A stretch of DNA of 43,309 nt from Bacilli bacterium (GTDB lineage Bacteria > Bacillota_I > Bacilli_A > RF39 > UBA660). The DNA lies in the NCBI GenBank assembly GCA_017476705.1, contig JAFUZI010000078.1, positions 1-43,309 of the forward strand. The letters are read 5' to 3'. Every line of letters starts with the position of its first letter. The first letter of the stretch is position 1. The notes under the pieces are model-generated. The model searched no databases, was not told the DNA's origin, and saw only the letters and a list, made by a program, of their open reading frames with translations. This document shows, one piece after another, positions 1 through 10,555 of the stretch. The position numbers were made by a program, and so were the translations under genes.

Positions 1-539
1 TAAACAAATATTTTTCAAATGATAGCATTGATCTAGATATTGATGTTAGTGATGATACTGAAGAAATAAGTGATGATGATGTTGAGACAATAAAAGGTGC
101 AACCGATGATTGGATTGAGCAAAATATTGATAATAATACCTCATTAAATAGTGATATATTTGAAGAATCAACTGATAGTATAGAAAAACAAACATTAGAA
201 GAGGAAAAAACAAGTATAAATGATGATTTAAATGATACTATAAACGATAAAATAGAAGCTGAATTGATGACTAATGTCGATACATCAGCAATTGAAAAAG
301 AAATAGAAGAATCAACACTAGAAGATTTAAAATTAAATTTTGATTATGACAATATAAAAGTAAATAATGATATTAATGAAGAAAAACTTGAAGAGGGAAA
401 AAATGATTCTACAGAACAAATAAAAGTTGTTGAGGATACACAATATAAAAAATTATCTGGTGATGAATTAATAAACTTGCTTAATAAAACTGCTAATGGT
501 GAAGATTTCTTTAAAGAAGTAGAGGTAATTAATGATTAA
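1..539 (+). CDS. 3' part of a highly acidic D/E/N-rich protein of unknown function. The frame is open from the window edge, so the 264 start in the ORF track is probably internal.
   Basis: No stop in the frame from nt 3 to TAA 537-539 (NKYFSNDSIDLDIDVSDDTEE...). The stop overlaps the ung start (ATGATTAA). Confidence 0.5.
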   Translation, partial: NKYFSNDSIDLDIDVSDDTEEISDDDVETIKGATDDWIEQNIDNNTSLNSDIFEESTDSIEKQTLEEEKTSINDDLNDTINDKIEAELMTNVDTSAIEKEIEESTLEDLKLNFDYDNIKVNNDINEEKLEEGKNDSTEQIKVVEDTQYKKLSGDELINLLNKTANGEDFFKEVEVIND

Positions 540-1182
540 AAATGATTGGGATAATGTTTTAAAAGATGAATTTAATAAAGATTATTTTAAAAATTTAATG
601 AAATTTATTAATTCTGAATATAATAGTAAATCTATTTATCCTGAATATTCAAATATATTTAATGCATTAAAACATACTAGTTTTAACGATGTAAAAGTTG
701 TTATATTAGGACAAGATCCTTATCATGGTGAGGGTGAAGCTCATGGACTTTCTTTTTCAGTTCAAGAAGGAACTAAGATTCCTCCATCTTTAAAAAATAT
801 ATTTAAAGAATTAAAAACTGATTTAAATATTGAACGTAAAAAAACTGATTTAACAGACTGGGCAGATCAGGGAGTGTTATTATTAAATGCAATTTTAACT
901 GTTGAAAAAGATAAGCCTCTTTCTCACAAAGGTAAAGGTTGGGAAATATTTACAGATAAAATAATTGAACTTCTTGGCGAGAGAGAAAAACCAATAGTGT
1001 TTATTTTGTGGGGAAATTATGCTAGAAGTAAAAAAAATCTTATAAAAAATAAGAGTCACTTTATAATTGAAAGTGCTCATCCATCTCCTTTGTCAGCTAG
1101 CCGTGGTTTTTTTGATAGTAAGCCATTTTCTAGGACAAATGAGTTTTTAAAAGATAATGGGTCAAATATAATAAATTGGTAA
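532..1182 (+). CDS. ung: Uracil-DNA glycosylase (family 1)
   Basis: GQDPYH and HPSPLS motifs in the translation; 216 aa. Confidence 0.93.
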   Translation: MIKNDWDNVLKDEFNKDYFKNLMKFINSEYNSKSIYPEYSNIFNALKHTSFNDVKVVILGQDPYHGEGEAHGLSFSVQEGTKIPPSLKNIFKELKTDLNIERKKTDLTDWADQGVLLLNAILTVEKDKPLSHKGKGWEIFTDKIIELLGEREKPIVFILWGNYARSKKNLIKNKSHFIIESAHPSPLSASRGFFDSKPFSRTNEFLKDNGSNIINW

Positions 1183-1184
1183 AT

Positions 1185-1212
1185 AAAAAGGTAGAATTAA
1201 TTACCTTTTTTT
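1185..1212 (+). terminator. Intrinsic terminator after ung
   Basis: Stem AAAAGGTA (1186-1193) / TACCTTTT (1202-1209) followed by a T-run. Confidence 0.6.
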
Positions 1213-1248
1213 GATATACTTAATTATAGAGTATAAAGAGGTGAAAGT

Positions 1249-2577
1249 ATGAAAGATGCATACGATTTTTTGATGAAAGATGTTCAAATAAAATATGGAG
1301 ATACATTAGTTGCGGCAGTAAGTGGTGGGCCAGATTCTATGGCGCTTTTGCATATGCTTGCTAGAATAAAAAAAGCGATAGATATAGAAGTGGTATGCGC
1401 ACATGTAAATCATAATACAGGTCGTCCAGGTCAGTTGGAAGAACAACAATATGTTGAAAAGTTTTGTCGCAATAACAATATAATATTTGAAGGAATGATT
1501 ATCGAAGAATATGGTGACGATAATTTTGAAAATGAAGCAAGAACAAAGAGATACAATTATTTTGAACAAGTTGTAAAAGAGTATAATGCAAAATATTTGC
1601 TTACTGCACATCATGGTGATGATTTAATTGAAACAATTTTAATGAGACTTACTCGTGGCTCAACATTAAGAGGATATAGTGGTTTTTCAAAAATTGTTGA
1701 CAGAGGATTTTATAAAATACTTCGCCCATTTATAGAAATTACAAAACAAGAATTAATAGATTATAACAGAAAAAATAGAATTCACTATTTTATAGATGAA
1801 ACAAATTTGGAAGATATTCATACAAGAAATAGATTTAGAAAATATATAGTACCTGAACTAAAAAAAGAAGATTATAATGTTCATAAAAAATTTTATAAGT
1901 TTTCAACAATACTTCTTGAATATAATGATTATATTGATAAACAAGTAAAAGCTGTTATTCCTAAAGTTTATCCACAAAACGTACTTAATATTGAAGAATT
2001 TTTAAAACTAGAGCATGTAATTGCAATGAAGGTTATATACTATATATTGGAGCATATTTATCAAGATGATTTAATGTTAATTACTGATAATCATGCTGAG
2101 CTTATATATAATTTAATTATGTCTAAAAAGCCAAATGCATATATATATTTACCAAACAATTTAAAAGCTATAAGAAATTATAATATGCTGGAATTTGTAA
2201 ATGAACCTATAAATGATAAAGAATATGAAATAGAAGTAATTAATTATATTAATCTCCCTAATGGAAAAAATATAGAAGTATTAAATAAATCAGAACAAAC
2301 AGATAATTTTATATGTAGATTATCTAGTGATGATGTTAAATTTCCACTTCGAGTTAGAACAAGACAAGATGGCGATAGAATAAGTGTTAAAGGTATGCTT
2401 GGCAGTAAAAAAATAAATGATATTTTTATTGATAAAAAAATTTCGATTCAAGAGCGTAATATGTGGCCTGTTGTAGTTGATTCTAATAATACAATAGTTT
2501 GGTTACCCGGATTAAAAAAATCTAAATTTGATAAAACAAAATCAGAAAATTATGATATAATACTTAGGTACTATTAA
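1249..2577 (+). CDS. tilS: tRNA(Ile)-lysidine synthetase
   Basis: PP-loop SGGPDS near the N-terminus; 442 aa; directly upstream of ftsH as is usual in Bacillota. Confidence 0.9.
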   Translation: MKDAYDFLMKDVQIKYGDTLVAAVSGGPDSMALLHMLARIKKAIDIEVVCAHVNHNTGRPGQLEEQQYVEKFCRNNNIIFEGMIIEEYGDDNFENEARTKRYNYFEQVVKEYNAKYLLTAHHGDDLIETILMRLTRGSTLRGYSGFSKIVDRGFYKILRPFIEITKQELIDYNRKNRIHYFIDETNLEDIHTRNRFRKYIVPELKKEDYNVHKKFYKFSTILLEYNDYIDKQVKAVIPKVYPQNVLNIEEFLKLEHVIAMKVIYYILEHIYQDDLMLITDNHAELIYNLIMSKKPNAYIYLPNNLKAIRNYNMLEFVNEPINDKEYEIEVINYINLPNGKNIEVLNKSEQTDNFICRLSSDDVKFPLRVRTRQDGDRISVKGMLGSKKINDIFIDKKISIQERNMWPVVVDSNNTIVWLPGLKKSKFDKTKSENYDIILRYY

Positions 2578-2591
2578 GAAAGGAGATTATT

Positions 2592-4571
2592 ATGAAGAAA
2601 AATCAAGCAAGAAAGACTATATTCTCATATGTATCTTTAGGTATATTTATATGTGCTGTCTTATTTTTTATGAATTTGACAGGTGTTAAAGTTAATAAAC
2701 TTAACTATAACGAATTTTATAAACAACTTGATAAAGTCACTGAACTATCACTTACTCCAAGTAGTGGTGGTGGTGTATATGAAATAACTGGTAAATTAAA
2801 GGGATATGAAAAGAATGAATCTTTTTATCTAAAAGCTCCTTTATCTGAAGAAGTTATTTCAGATATATTAGATTCTTCTAAAGAAAACAACTTTAAGGTA
2901 ACTACTAATTCAGATCCAGCATCAAGTACAATCTTTTTATTCTTGATGAATGTACTTCCAATTGCTCTTATAATAGGATTTAGTATTTATTTCCTATCTA
3001 AGCAAATGGGTAGTGCTAATAAATCAATGGATTTTGGAAAAAGTAGAGCTCGTTTAAGTGAAGATACTAAAAAAGTTACATTTAAAGAAGTTGCTGGATT
3101 AGATGAAGAAAAAGAAGAAGTGCAAGAATTAATTGACTTCTTAAAAAATCCAAAGAAATTTACAGCTATGGGAGCTAGAATTCCAAAAGGTGTTTTATTA
3201 CAAGGTCCTCCAGGAACTGGTAAAACATTACTTGCACGTGCTGTTGCAGGTGAGGCAAATGTACCATTTTACTTTATAAGTGGTTCTGACTTTGTTGAAT
3301 TATTTGTAGGTGTTGGTGCATCAAGAGTAAGAGATATGTTTAAACAAGCAAAACATAATGCCCCTTGTTTAATATTTATAGATGAGATTGACGCTGTAGG
3401 TAGACAACGTGGTGCAGGCCTTGGTGGAGGTCACGATGAACGTGAACAAACACTTAACCAATTATTAACTGAAATGGATGGATTTGGCGCAAATGAAGGT
3501 ATAATTATTATTGCTGCAACAAATAGACCAGATGTACTTGATCCAGCACTTTTAAGACCAGGTCGATTTGATAGACAAATTACAGTTAATTTGCCTGATA
3601 AAAAAGGTAGAGAGGATATATTAAACGTACATGCTAAAGGTAAAATATTTAGCAAAAGCGTTAATTTATCTAATATAGCAAAAAGAACAATTGGATTTAG
3701 TGGCGCTGATTTAGAGAATTTACTAAATGAAGCAGCACTTCTTGCAGTTAGACGTGGTAAAAAAATGATTACTATGGCTGAGATTGACGAAGCTCATGAT
3801 AGAGTGTTAATGGGTCCAGCTAAAGTATCTCATAAATATACAGAAAAAGAAAAAAGAACCGTTGCGTATCATGAGGCTGGACATGCTGTTGTAGGTCTTA
3901 AATTAGAAGGCGCTAATGATGTTCAAAAAATAACAATTGTTCCACGTGGACAAGCTGGTGGATATAACTTAATGCTTCCAAGAGAAGAAACATATCTATC
4001 AACTAAAACTGAACTTTTAGAATCAATTAGTGGGCTTTTAGGTGGACGTGTTGCTGAAGAAATAGAATTTGACGAGATAACTACTGGAGCTCATAATGAT
4101 TTTGAAAAAGCAACAAAAATTGCCCGTGCTATGGTAACTGAGTATGGTATGAGTGATTTAGGACCTGTTCAATTTGAACAACAAGAAGGTAGTGTATTCT
4201 TAGGAAGAGACTACAATAAATCAAGAAATTTCTCTAGTCAAGTAGCATTTGAAATAGATCAAGAACAAAGAAAAATCATTAATGAATGTTATGAAAAAAC
4301 TAAAAAAATCATATCTGAAAATAGAGATTTGTTAAAACTAATAGCTGAAGCATTACTTGAAAAAGAAACAATCACTAAAGAAGAAATTGATTACTTGGTT
4401 GAACATGGAACATTACCTGAAGAAGATAAAGAAGTAGATGTATCAGATTTTGAAGAATTAAGTATTAATGACTTAGATATTAAAGAGCTAAGAGAATTTG
4501 CTTTAGAAAAAGGTATTGAAAATGCTAATGAACTTGATAAAGAAGAATTAATTAAATTACTAAGTGAATAA
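2592..4571 (+). CDS. ftsH: ATP-dependent zinc metalloprotease FtsH
   Basis: N-terminal TM segments, Walker A GPPGTGKT, Walker B IDEID, zinc site HEAGHA; 659 aa. Confidence 0.97.
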   Translation: MKKNQARKTIFSYVSLGIFICAVLFFMNLTGVKVNKLNYNEFYKQLDKVTELSLTPSSGGGVYEITGKLKGYEKNESFYLKAPLSEEVISDILDSSKENNFKVTTNSDPASSTIFLFLMNVLPIALIIGFSIYFLSKQMGSANKSMDFGKSRARLSEDTKKVTFKEVAGLDEEKEEVQELIDFLKNPKKFTAMGARIPKGVLLQGPPGTGKTLLARAVAGEANVPFYFISGSDFVELFVGVGASRVRDMFKQAKHNAPCLIFIDEIDAVGRQRGAGLGGGHDEREQTLNQLLTEMDGFGANEGIIIIAATNRPDVLDPALLRPGRFDRQITVNLPDKKGREDILNVHAKGKIFSKSVNLSNIAKRTIGFSGADLENLLNEAALLAVRRGKKMITMAEIDEAHDRVLMGPAKVSHKYTEKEKRTVAYHEAGHAVVGLKLEGANDVQKITIVPRGQAGGYNLMLPREETYLSTKTELLESISGLLGGRVAEEIEFDEITTGAHNDFEKATKIARAMVTEYGMSDLGPVQFEQQEGSVFLGRDYNKSRNFSSQVAFEIDQEQRKIINECYEKTKKIISENRDLLKLIAEALLEKETITKEEIDYLVEHGTLPEEDKEVDVSDFEELSINDLDIKELREFALEKGIENANELDKEELIKLLSE

Positions 4572-4603
4572 AAAAACGATTTCTAATTTGAAATCGTTTT
4601 TTC
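4572..4603 (+). terminator. Intrinsic terminator after ftsH
   Basis: 10-bp stem AAAACGATTT (4573-4582) / AAATCGTTTT (4591-4600) running into a T-run. Confidence 0.7.
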
Positions 4604-4721
4604 TTTAAAATAATTCTCAGTGAAATAAATCGCTGGGAGTGTAGTGTAAAAATAAGGAGCACCAATATAAAAAATAGTTTACACTCAATTACATTATATA
4701 TTTTAAAAAGTTGATTTTTTA

Positions 4722-4964
4722 TTAATTATTTTTTATTTTTTGTAAAGTTTGACTGATTGCACTAGCATCAACATTATTAGTTTGATACCATCCTTCTTTA
4801 GACATTTCTTTATATGTTTCTTTTTGCATATCAAGAATGCTGTTTAGCGAATTTTTAAGTAAATCTTTAACATCATTATTTGAAGATTCTAAAGTTCCAT
4901 GAACATATACTTCAACTGTGCTTTTTAAAACAAGTAAATAATTTTCAAATGCAAGCTTATTCAT
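4722..4964 (-). CDS. Coat F domain (CotF-like) spore coat protein
   Basis: 80 aa with the pattern typical of Coat_F proteins (…LKS…Y…ESSN…V…L…Q…Y…M…GWYQ…). Confidence 0.65.
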   Translation of the reverse strand: MNKLAFENYLLVLKSTVEVYVHGTLESSNNDVKDLLKNSLNSILDMQKETYKEMSKEGWYQTNNVDASAISQTLQKIKNN

Positions 4965-5148
4965 TAGTCTTTGCCTCCAATAGGTTAATTAATTTAGATT
5001 TAATGTCTTCATGTTTTTTTAAATCATTTTCTAGAATATTAATTAAACCATCGTCATCCATAGAATTAATAGAATTTTCAATAATTTCTATAATACTTGT
5101 CTCATGGCCTATAGCATCTTCTACATAAAGTAATTCTTTTTGTGTCAT
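4957..5148 (-). CDS. Small protein paired with the CotF-like gene (putative spore coat associated)
   Basis: 63 aa, overlaps the downstream CotF-like gene by 8 nt, SD AGGGAGGAA upstream. This two-gene arrangement is common next to Coat_F genes. Confidence 0.45.
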   Translation of the reverse strand: MTQKELLYVEDAIGHETSIIEIIENSINSMDDDGLINILENDLKKHEDIKSKLINLLEAKTNE

Positions 5149-5285
5149 ATTATTCCTCCCTTTATTAATATGGCATTTTTACAAGATTTTAAACAATAAA
5201 GAAATAATATAAAAAATATAATAGCAATATTTCCTACTTTGTGATAAAATGTTATATAGATATTTATTATGAAAATGGTGATTTT

Positions 5286-6071
5286 ATGGGAAAAATTATA
5301 GCACTTGTAAATCAAAAGGGAGGTGTAGGTAAAACTACATCTAGTATTAACTTAGCTGCTTCACTTGGATATTTAGGTAAAAAAGTATTATTAGTTGACT
5401 TAGATCCTCAAGGTAATTCTACAACAGGAGTTGGCATAAATAAGACAAATTACACAGCAAGTATGTATGAACTTTTGAAAGATGAAGCCGAGCTTAATGA
5501 TGTAATAATTAAAACTAAATTTAAAAATTTATACATTATTCCAGCAACAATTAACTTGGCAGGAATTGATTTTGAATTGAGTGAAATGCAATCAGGAGAC
5601 AAATCATTTTCAAAGGGTAAACAGTTAAAAAAACATCTTGATGAGGTAAGAGATACTTTTGATTACATTATTATCGATTGCCCACCTTCACTTGGGATAT
5701 TAACTACTAATGCACTTACTGCATCTGATTCAGTCATAATTCCAGTACAATGTGAATTTTTCGCACTAGAAGGTATTATGCAACTTTTAAATACAATCAT
5801 GATGGCTCAAAGAACACTAAATCCAACATTAGATATTGAAGGGGTACTTTTAACAATGTTAGATGGTCGTACTAATTTAGGATTGGAAGTAGTAGAAGAA
5901 ATAAAAAGTTATTTTAAGGAAAGAGTATATGATACAATTATTCCACGACTTGTAAGACTATCTGAAGCACCAAGTCATGGTAAACCAATAATTGCATATG
6001 ACTCACAAAATAGGGGATCAGAAGCGTATCTGAATTTGGCTAAAGAGGTGATTGAAAGAAATGGAAAGTAG
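5286..6071 (+). CDS. soj: Chromosome partitioning ATPase ParA/Soj
   Basis: Deviant Walker A KGGVGKTT. I use ATG 5286 (MGKIIALVNQKGG…) instead of the ORF-track start 5241. Confidence 0.9.
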   Translation: MGKIIALVNQKGGVGKTTSSINLAASLGYLGKKVLLVDLDPQGNSTTGVGINKTNYTASMYELLKDEAELNDVIIKTKFKNLYIIPATINLAGIDFELSEMQSGDKSFSKGKQLKKHLDEVRDTFDYIIIDCPPSLGILTTNALTASDSVIIPVQCEFFALEGIMQLLNTIMMAQRTLNPTLDIEGVLLTMLDGRTNLGLEVVEEIKSYFKERVYDTIIPRLVRLSEAPSHGKPIIAYDSQNRGSEAYLNLAKEVIERNGK

Positions 6072-6939
6072 AAAAAGAGCCTTAGGTAGAGGACTAGAAG
6101 AATTATTTAATAATGAAAATTTAAATTTGGATAATTTTGAAGAAACTATATATGAAGTAACACCTAAAGATGAAATAAAAGATATTAAAATAGATGAATT
6201 AAGAGTAAATCCATATCAACCAAGAAAAATATTTGATGAAGATGCACTTAAAGAACTAGCATCATCAATAAAAGAACATGGCGTTTTTCAACCAATAATT
6301 GTTAAAAAAAGTATTAAAGGTTATGAAATTGTTGCCGGTGAACGTAGATTTAGAGCATCTAAGCTTGCTGGATTAGATAAAATTCCTGCAATTATTAGAG
6401 ATTTCACTGATGAAGAAATGATGGAAATAGCGCTTCTTGAAAATCTTCAAAGAGAAAATTTAAATGCAATAGAAGAAGCAGAAGCATATAAAGCTTTAAT
6501 CGAAAAATTAAATCTAACTCAAGAAGAACTTTCTAAGAGAGTTGGAAAAAGTAGAAGTCATATCACAAATATTCTTGGCCTTTTAAGACTTCCTGAAAAT
6601 GTTCAAGAAATGGTCAATACTAATAAACTAAGTATGGCACATGCAAGAATACTTAGTAAGTTAGATAATGTAGATTTAATAAATTCTTTGGCAAAAAAAG
6701 TTGATGATGAAAAAATAAGTGTTCATGAGTTAGAAGAATTAACAAAAACAGATGAAATTGTTAAGAAAAATAAAATAATTAGAAAACCAAAATCTAATGA
6801 ATACAAGTATGTTGAAGACTTAATGAGAGATAAATTGGATACAAAGGTTAAAATTAGTGATAAGAAAATAGAAATATCATATGTTAATAATGCGGATTTA
6901 AATAGAATTCTAGAAATATTAGATATAAAAGGTGATTAA
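6052..6939 (+). CDS. spo0J: Chromosome partitioning protein ParB/Spo0J
   Basis: ParB box GERRFRA and HTH region (LTQEELSKRVGKSRSHITN). Overlaps the soj 3' end. Confidence 0.9.
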   Translation: MKEMESRKRALGRGLEELFNNENLNLDNFEETIYEVTPKDEIKDIKIDELRVNPYQPRKIFDEDALKELASSIKEHGVFQPIIVKKSIKGYEIVAGERRFRASKLAGLDKIPAIIRDFTDEEMMEIALLENLQRENLNAIEEAEAYKALIEKLNLTQEELSKRVGKSRSHITNILGLLRLPENVQEMVNTNKLSMAHARILSKLDNVDLINSLAKKVDDEKISVHELEELTKTDEIVKKNKIIRKPKSNEYKYVEDLMRDKLDTKVKISDKKIEISYVNNADLNRILEILDIKGD

Positions 6940-7735
6940 TTTGCTAGATGTTTTATTAGAAACTAAACTTATGCATTCTCTTGCAGTTGTAGTTGGCTTT
7001 ACTTTTATATATGTGACAGTCAACTATATAACAAAAAGAATGTTTAAGATTGAATCAAAAAAATTGATGCCTAAAAAAAATAAAACAGTAATTAGTTTAA
7101 TAAATAATATTACTAAATACTTTTTAATTGTTTTGGGCATTATAACAATACTATCAATTAATGGTTTTAATACTAGTAGTTTGATAGCATCCTTGGGAGT
7201 TGCTTCTGCTGTAGTTGCTTTAGCTTTTCAAGACACTTTAAAAGATTTATTTGCTGGAATATTTATTGTTGTTGAAAATCAATATAATATTGGTGATACA
7301 GTTAAAATAAATAATTTTAAAGGAGAAGTAATATCAGTTGGACTTAGAACTACAAAGTTAAAAGCATATACTGGAGAGTATTGCTTTATTTCAAACAGAA
7401 CTATAGATAGTGTGGTAAACTATAGTATGAGTAAATCATTAGCTATTGTGAATGTAGATGTTGCGTATGAAGAGAATCTCGATAAAGTAAATAATGTTTT
7501 AGAAAAATTATTTGCTAGGCTTGAAAAAGAAATATCTGATATAAAGGGGCCTATTACAATTGATGGGGTTGATAATCTAGGCGATTCTGGTGTAACTATT
7601 AGAATAACAGCTTTAACGCATCCTTTAAAAAATTTTGAAGTTGAAAGAAAATTAAGAAAAGAAATAAAATGTGAATTTGATAAAGCTGGAATTACTATTC
7701 CATATAATCAGGTGGTGATTCATAATGGATTATAA
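6932..7735 (+). CDS. Small-conductance mechanosensitive channel (MscS family)
   Basis: Three N-terminal TM helices followed by the MscS beta-domain pattern (GDTVKINNFKGEVISVGLRTTKLKAYTGEYCFISN). GTG start. Confidence 0.82.
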   Translation: MINLLDVLLETKLMHSLAVVVGFTFIYVTVNYITKRMFKIESKKLMPKKNKTVISLINNITKYFLIVLGIITILSINGFNTSSLIASLGVASAVVALAFQDTLKDLFAGIFIVVENQYNIGDTVKINNFKGEVISVGLRTTKLKAYTGEYCFISNRTIDSVVNYSMSKSLAIVNVDVAYEENLDKVNNVLEKLFARLEKEISDIKGPITIDGVDNLGDSGVTIRITALTHPLKNFEVERKLRKEIKCEFDKAGITIPYNQVVIHNGL

Positions 7736-7901
7736 ATTAAATGATATAGTTATTATGAAAAAATCTCACCCATGCGGAACAAATAATTGGCAAATTATAA
7801 GAGTAGGTGCTGATATTAAAATTAAGTGCCTAAATTGTGGTAGAAGTATAATGATGCCAAGAATAGAATTTAATAAAAAAATAAAAAAAATAGTTAAGTA
7901 G
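7725..7901 (+). CDS. DUF951-family small protein (58 aa, absent from the ORF track)
   Basis: ATG 7725 to TAG 7899-7901: MDYKLNDIVIMKKSHPCGTNNWQIIRVGADIKIKCLNCGRSIMMPRIEFNKKIKKIVK, with a CG…CLNCG cysteine pattern. Confidence 0.6.
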   Translation: MDYKLNDIVIMKKSHPCGTNNWQIIRVGADIKIKCLNCGRSIMMPRIEFNKKIKKIVK

Positions 7902-7908
7902 GTGGCTT

Positions 7909-9435
7909 ATGGCTAGAAAGAAAAAGGATAAATTATATGGACCTGTACTCGTTATAATGTACATGATTCTTGGAGTTGGAGTATTAAGTTTTATATTAAA
8001 TATGCTTGGCTTCGATAGCTCTAGAACAATTATATCAAATGGCACTATGGAAACTACTCTTGTGACAGTTAGAAATTTATTTAGCATAGATGGAATTAAA
8101 TATATTGTTGGTAATACAGTAAAAAATTTCCGTATGTTTGAACCACTAGTCCTTTTAATTATATCTTTGCTTGGTATAAGTATATGCGAAAAGAGTGGAT
8201 TTTTAAATGCAATTTTTTCACCACTTAAGAGAGTTAAAATAAATATTATTATTTTTTTAACAGTTCTTTTTGGTGTTATTAGTACTGTTATTGGAGATTA
8301 TAGTTATATATTTTTACTTCCATTAACAGGTGCATTATATAAATATTTAGGAAAAAATCCTATACTTGGTATAATGACAGTATTCTTAGGTATAACACTT
8401 GGATATGGTGCTGGAATCATTTTTAATTATACTGATTATTCATTATCACTTCTTACAATTGATGCTGCTAAGGCTGATATAGATGCAACTTTCTCATATG
8501 GGTTATATTCAAATATATATATGATGATTGTATCAACATTAATATTAACAATTGTACTTACTATTTTAATTGATAAATATCTAACAGTTAAACTTGCTAA
8601 GAAATATATAGCAACAGAAGAGGAACAAGAATTAGTAGTTGATAAAAAAGCTAAAAGAATTTCAGTTTTTGCAGGTTTTATTTATTTATTATTAATTCTA
8701 TATATGATTTTACCAATTAAACTTCCTTTCGCTGGAATTTTATTAGATAGTGAAGCAACTAGATATATAGATAAATTATTTGGTTCATCTTCTCCATTTG
8801 GAAATGGATTAGTTTTGATAATAACACTACAACTTATAATATGTGGATATCTATATGGTAAGAAATCAGGAAATATTAAAACAAGCCATGAATTTAGTTT
8901 AGGCTTATCAATGAACTTTGAAAATTTAGGATTTATGTTTGTATTAATGTTCTTTATATCACTTTTGATGGGAATTATTGATTGGACTAATTTAGGCGTT
9001 GTATTTGCATCTAAGCTAATTGAACTTGTTGGATCACTTCAAATATCAGGTGTAATACTAATTATTATATTCTTTGTAACAGTTATTTTAATGAGTATTT
9101 TACTTCCATATACAACAAAGAAATGGGAGATTGCATCTCCTGTAATTATTCCGCTTTTCATGCAATCAAATATAACTCCTAATTTTACACAGTTTATATT
9201 TAAAGCAGCAGATAGTGTCGGAAAAGCTTTGACACCTATATATATCTATTATATAATAATGCTTGCATTTATTGAGAAGTATCGTACTAATGAAAGAAAA
9301 CAAGTAAGTATATTTGGTATATTTAAAGATATGTTACCAATAATACTTATTATGGCTATTGTATGGCTACTTATTATAGTTATATGGTATGTAATGGCAC
9401 TTCCAATAGGCGTTAAGACATATGCTGTAATATAG
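7909..9435 (+). CDS. AbgT-family (p-aminobenzoyl-glutamate type) transporter
   Basis: 508-aa polytopic membrane protein. The N-terminal region (VKNFRMFEPLVLLIISLLGISICEKSGFLNAI) resembles the AbgT signature. Confidence 0.72.
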   Translation: MARKKKDKLYGPVLVIMYMILGVGVLSFILNMLGFDSSRTIISNGTMETTLVTVRNLFSIDGIKYIVGNTVKNFRMFEPLVLLIISLLGISICEKSGFLNAIFSPLKRVKINIIIFLTVLFGVISTVIGDYSYIFLLPLTGALYKYLGKNPILGIMTVFLGITLGYGAGIIFNYTDYSLSLLTIDAAKADIDATFSYGLYSNIYMMIVSTLILTIVLTILIDKYLTVKLAKKYIATEEEQELVVDKKAKRISVFAGFIYLLLILYMILPIKLPFAGILLDSEATRYIDKLFGSSSPFGNGLVLIITLQLIICGYLYGKKSGNIKTSHEFSLGLSMNFENLGFMFVLMFFISLLMGIIDWTNLGVVFASKLIELVGSLQISGVILIIIFFVTVILMSILLPYTTKKWEIASPVIIPLFMQSNITPNFTQFIFKAADSVGKALTPIYIYYIIMLAFIEKYRTNERKQVSIFGIFKDMLPIILIMAIVWLLIIVIWYVMALPIGVKTYAVI

Positions 9436-9446
9436 GGGGAGATAAA

Positions 9447-10547
9447 ATGAGTTTAAAGGCAGGAATAGTTGGTTTACCAAATGTCGGTAAAAGCACATTA
9501 TTTAATGCTATTACAAATCAAAAGATATTGGCGGCTAATTACCCATTCGCAACAATTGATCCTAATGTTGGTGTTGTAGTTGTTCCAGATGAGAGATTAG
9601 ACTATTTAAATGATTTGTATAAACCAAAGAGTTTAGTTCCAACAACAATTGAATATACTGATATAGCAGGACTTGTTAAAGGAGCATCTAATGGTGAAGG
9701 CCTTGGTAATAAGTTTTTATCACATATAAGAGAGACTGATGCAATTGTAGAAGTTGTTAGATGTTTTGAAAATAGTGATATTATTCACGTAGATGGTACT
9801 GTTGATCCTGTAAGAGATATTGAAGTTATTAATTTAGAATTAATGCTTGCTGATTTAGAGGTTATTAATAACAGAATTGGCAGAATTGGTAAAAAAGCTC
9901 AAATGACAAAAGATAAAGAAGTTAGATTTGAAGTTGATACGTTAAATAAAATAAAAGATGCACTTGAGCATAGTATTAATATAAGACAATTAGATTTAAC
10001 AGATGATGAATTAGAACTTATAAAAAGTTTTAATTTACTTACATTAAAACCAATTATATATATGGCGAATGTTGATGAAGAAGCATGTATATCTGATACA
10101 AACGAATATGTTGAAGCGGTTAGAGAACATGCTAAAGGTGAAAACGCTCTAGTTATTACAGTATGCGCTAAAATAGAAGAAGATTTATGTGAACTACCTA
10201 TTGAAGAAAGAGAAATGTTTTTAAATGAATTAGGAATAAAAGATAGTGGTTTAAATAAATTAATAAAAGCTACATATAAGTTACTTGGACTTTCTACATT
10301 CTTTACAGCAGGTACTGATGAATGTAGAGCTTGGACTTTTAAAACAGGCTCAAAAGCACCTAAGTGTGCTGGAATTATCCACAGTGATTTTGAAAAAGGT
10401 TTTATTAGATCAGAAACTATCAGTTTTGAAGACTTAAAGAAATATGGTAGTGAGTTAAAAGTTAAAGAAGCTGGTAAGCTTCGAATAGAGGGAAAGGAAT
10501 ACATTATGCAAGATGGCGATATATGTCATTTTAGATTTAATGTATAA
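9447..10547 (+). CDS. ychF: Ribosome-binding ATPase YchF
   Basis: G1 motif GLPNVGKST; 366 aa; conserved C-terminal end (…[10 protein letters not shown]). Confidence 0.95.
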   Translation: MSLKAGIVGLPNVGKSTLFNAITNQKILAANYPFATIDPNVGVVVVPDERLDYLNDLYKPKSLVPTTIEYTDIAGLVKGASNGEGLGNKFLSHIRETDAIVEVVRCFENSDIIHVDGTVDPVRDIEVINLELMLADLEVINNRIGRIGKKAQMTKDKEVRFEVDTLNKIKDALEHSINIRQLDLTDDELELIKSFNLLTLKPIIYMANVDEEACISDTNEYVEAVREHAKGENALVITVCAKIEEDLCELPIEEREMFLNELGIKDSGLNKLIKATYKLLGLSTFFTAGTDECRAWTFKTGSKAPKCAGIIHSDFEKGFIRSETISFEDLKKYGSELKVKEAGKLRIEGKEYIMQDGDICHFRFNV

Positions 10548-10555
10548 GGTGAGTT

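Noticed and set aside
1968-1976. Perfect DnaA box TTATCCACA inside tilS
   Set aside because: It is a single isolated box inside a coding region. The rough chance expectation in 43 kb on both strands is about 0.5. No cluster or AT-rich unwinding element lies nearby.
3938-3953. parS-like sequence TGTTCCACGTGGACAA (13/16 match to TGTTCCACGTGAAACA)
   Set aside because: It encodes the conserved FtsH peptide IVPRGQ, and the right arm of the palindrome is broken. It is most likely a coding coincidence.
4880-5128. 82-aa plus-strand ORF overlapping the CotF-like gene pair
   Set aside because: It lies opposite two ORFs that have SDs and family-like sequences, and it has no SD of its own. It is a shadow ORF.
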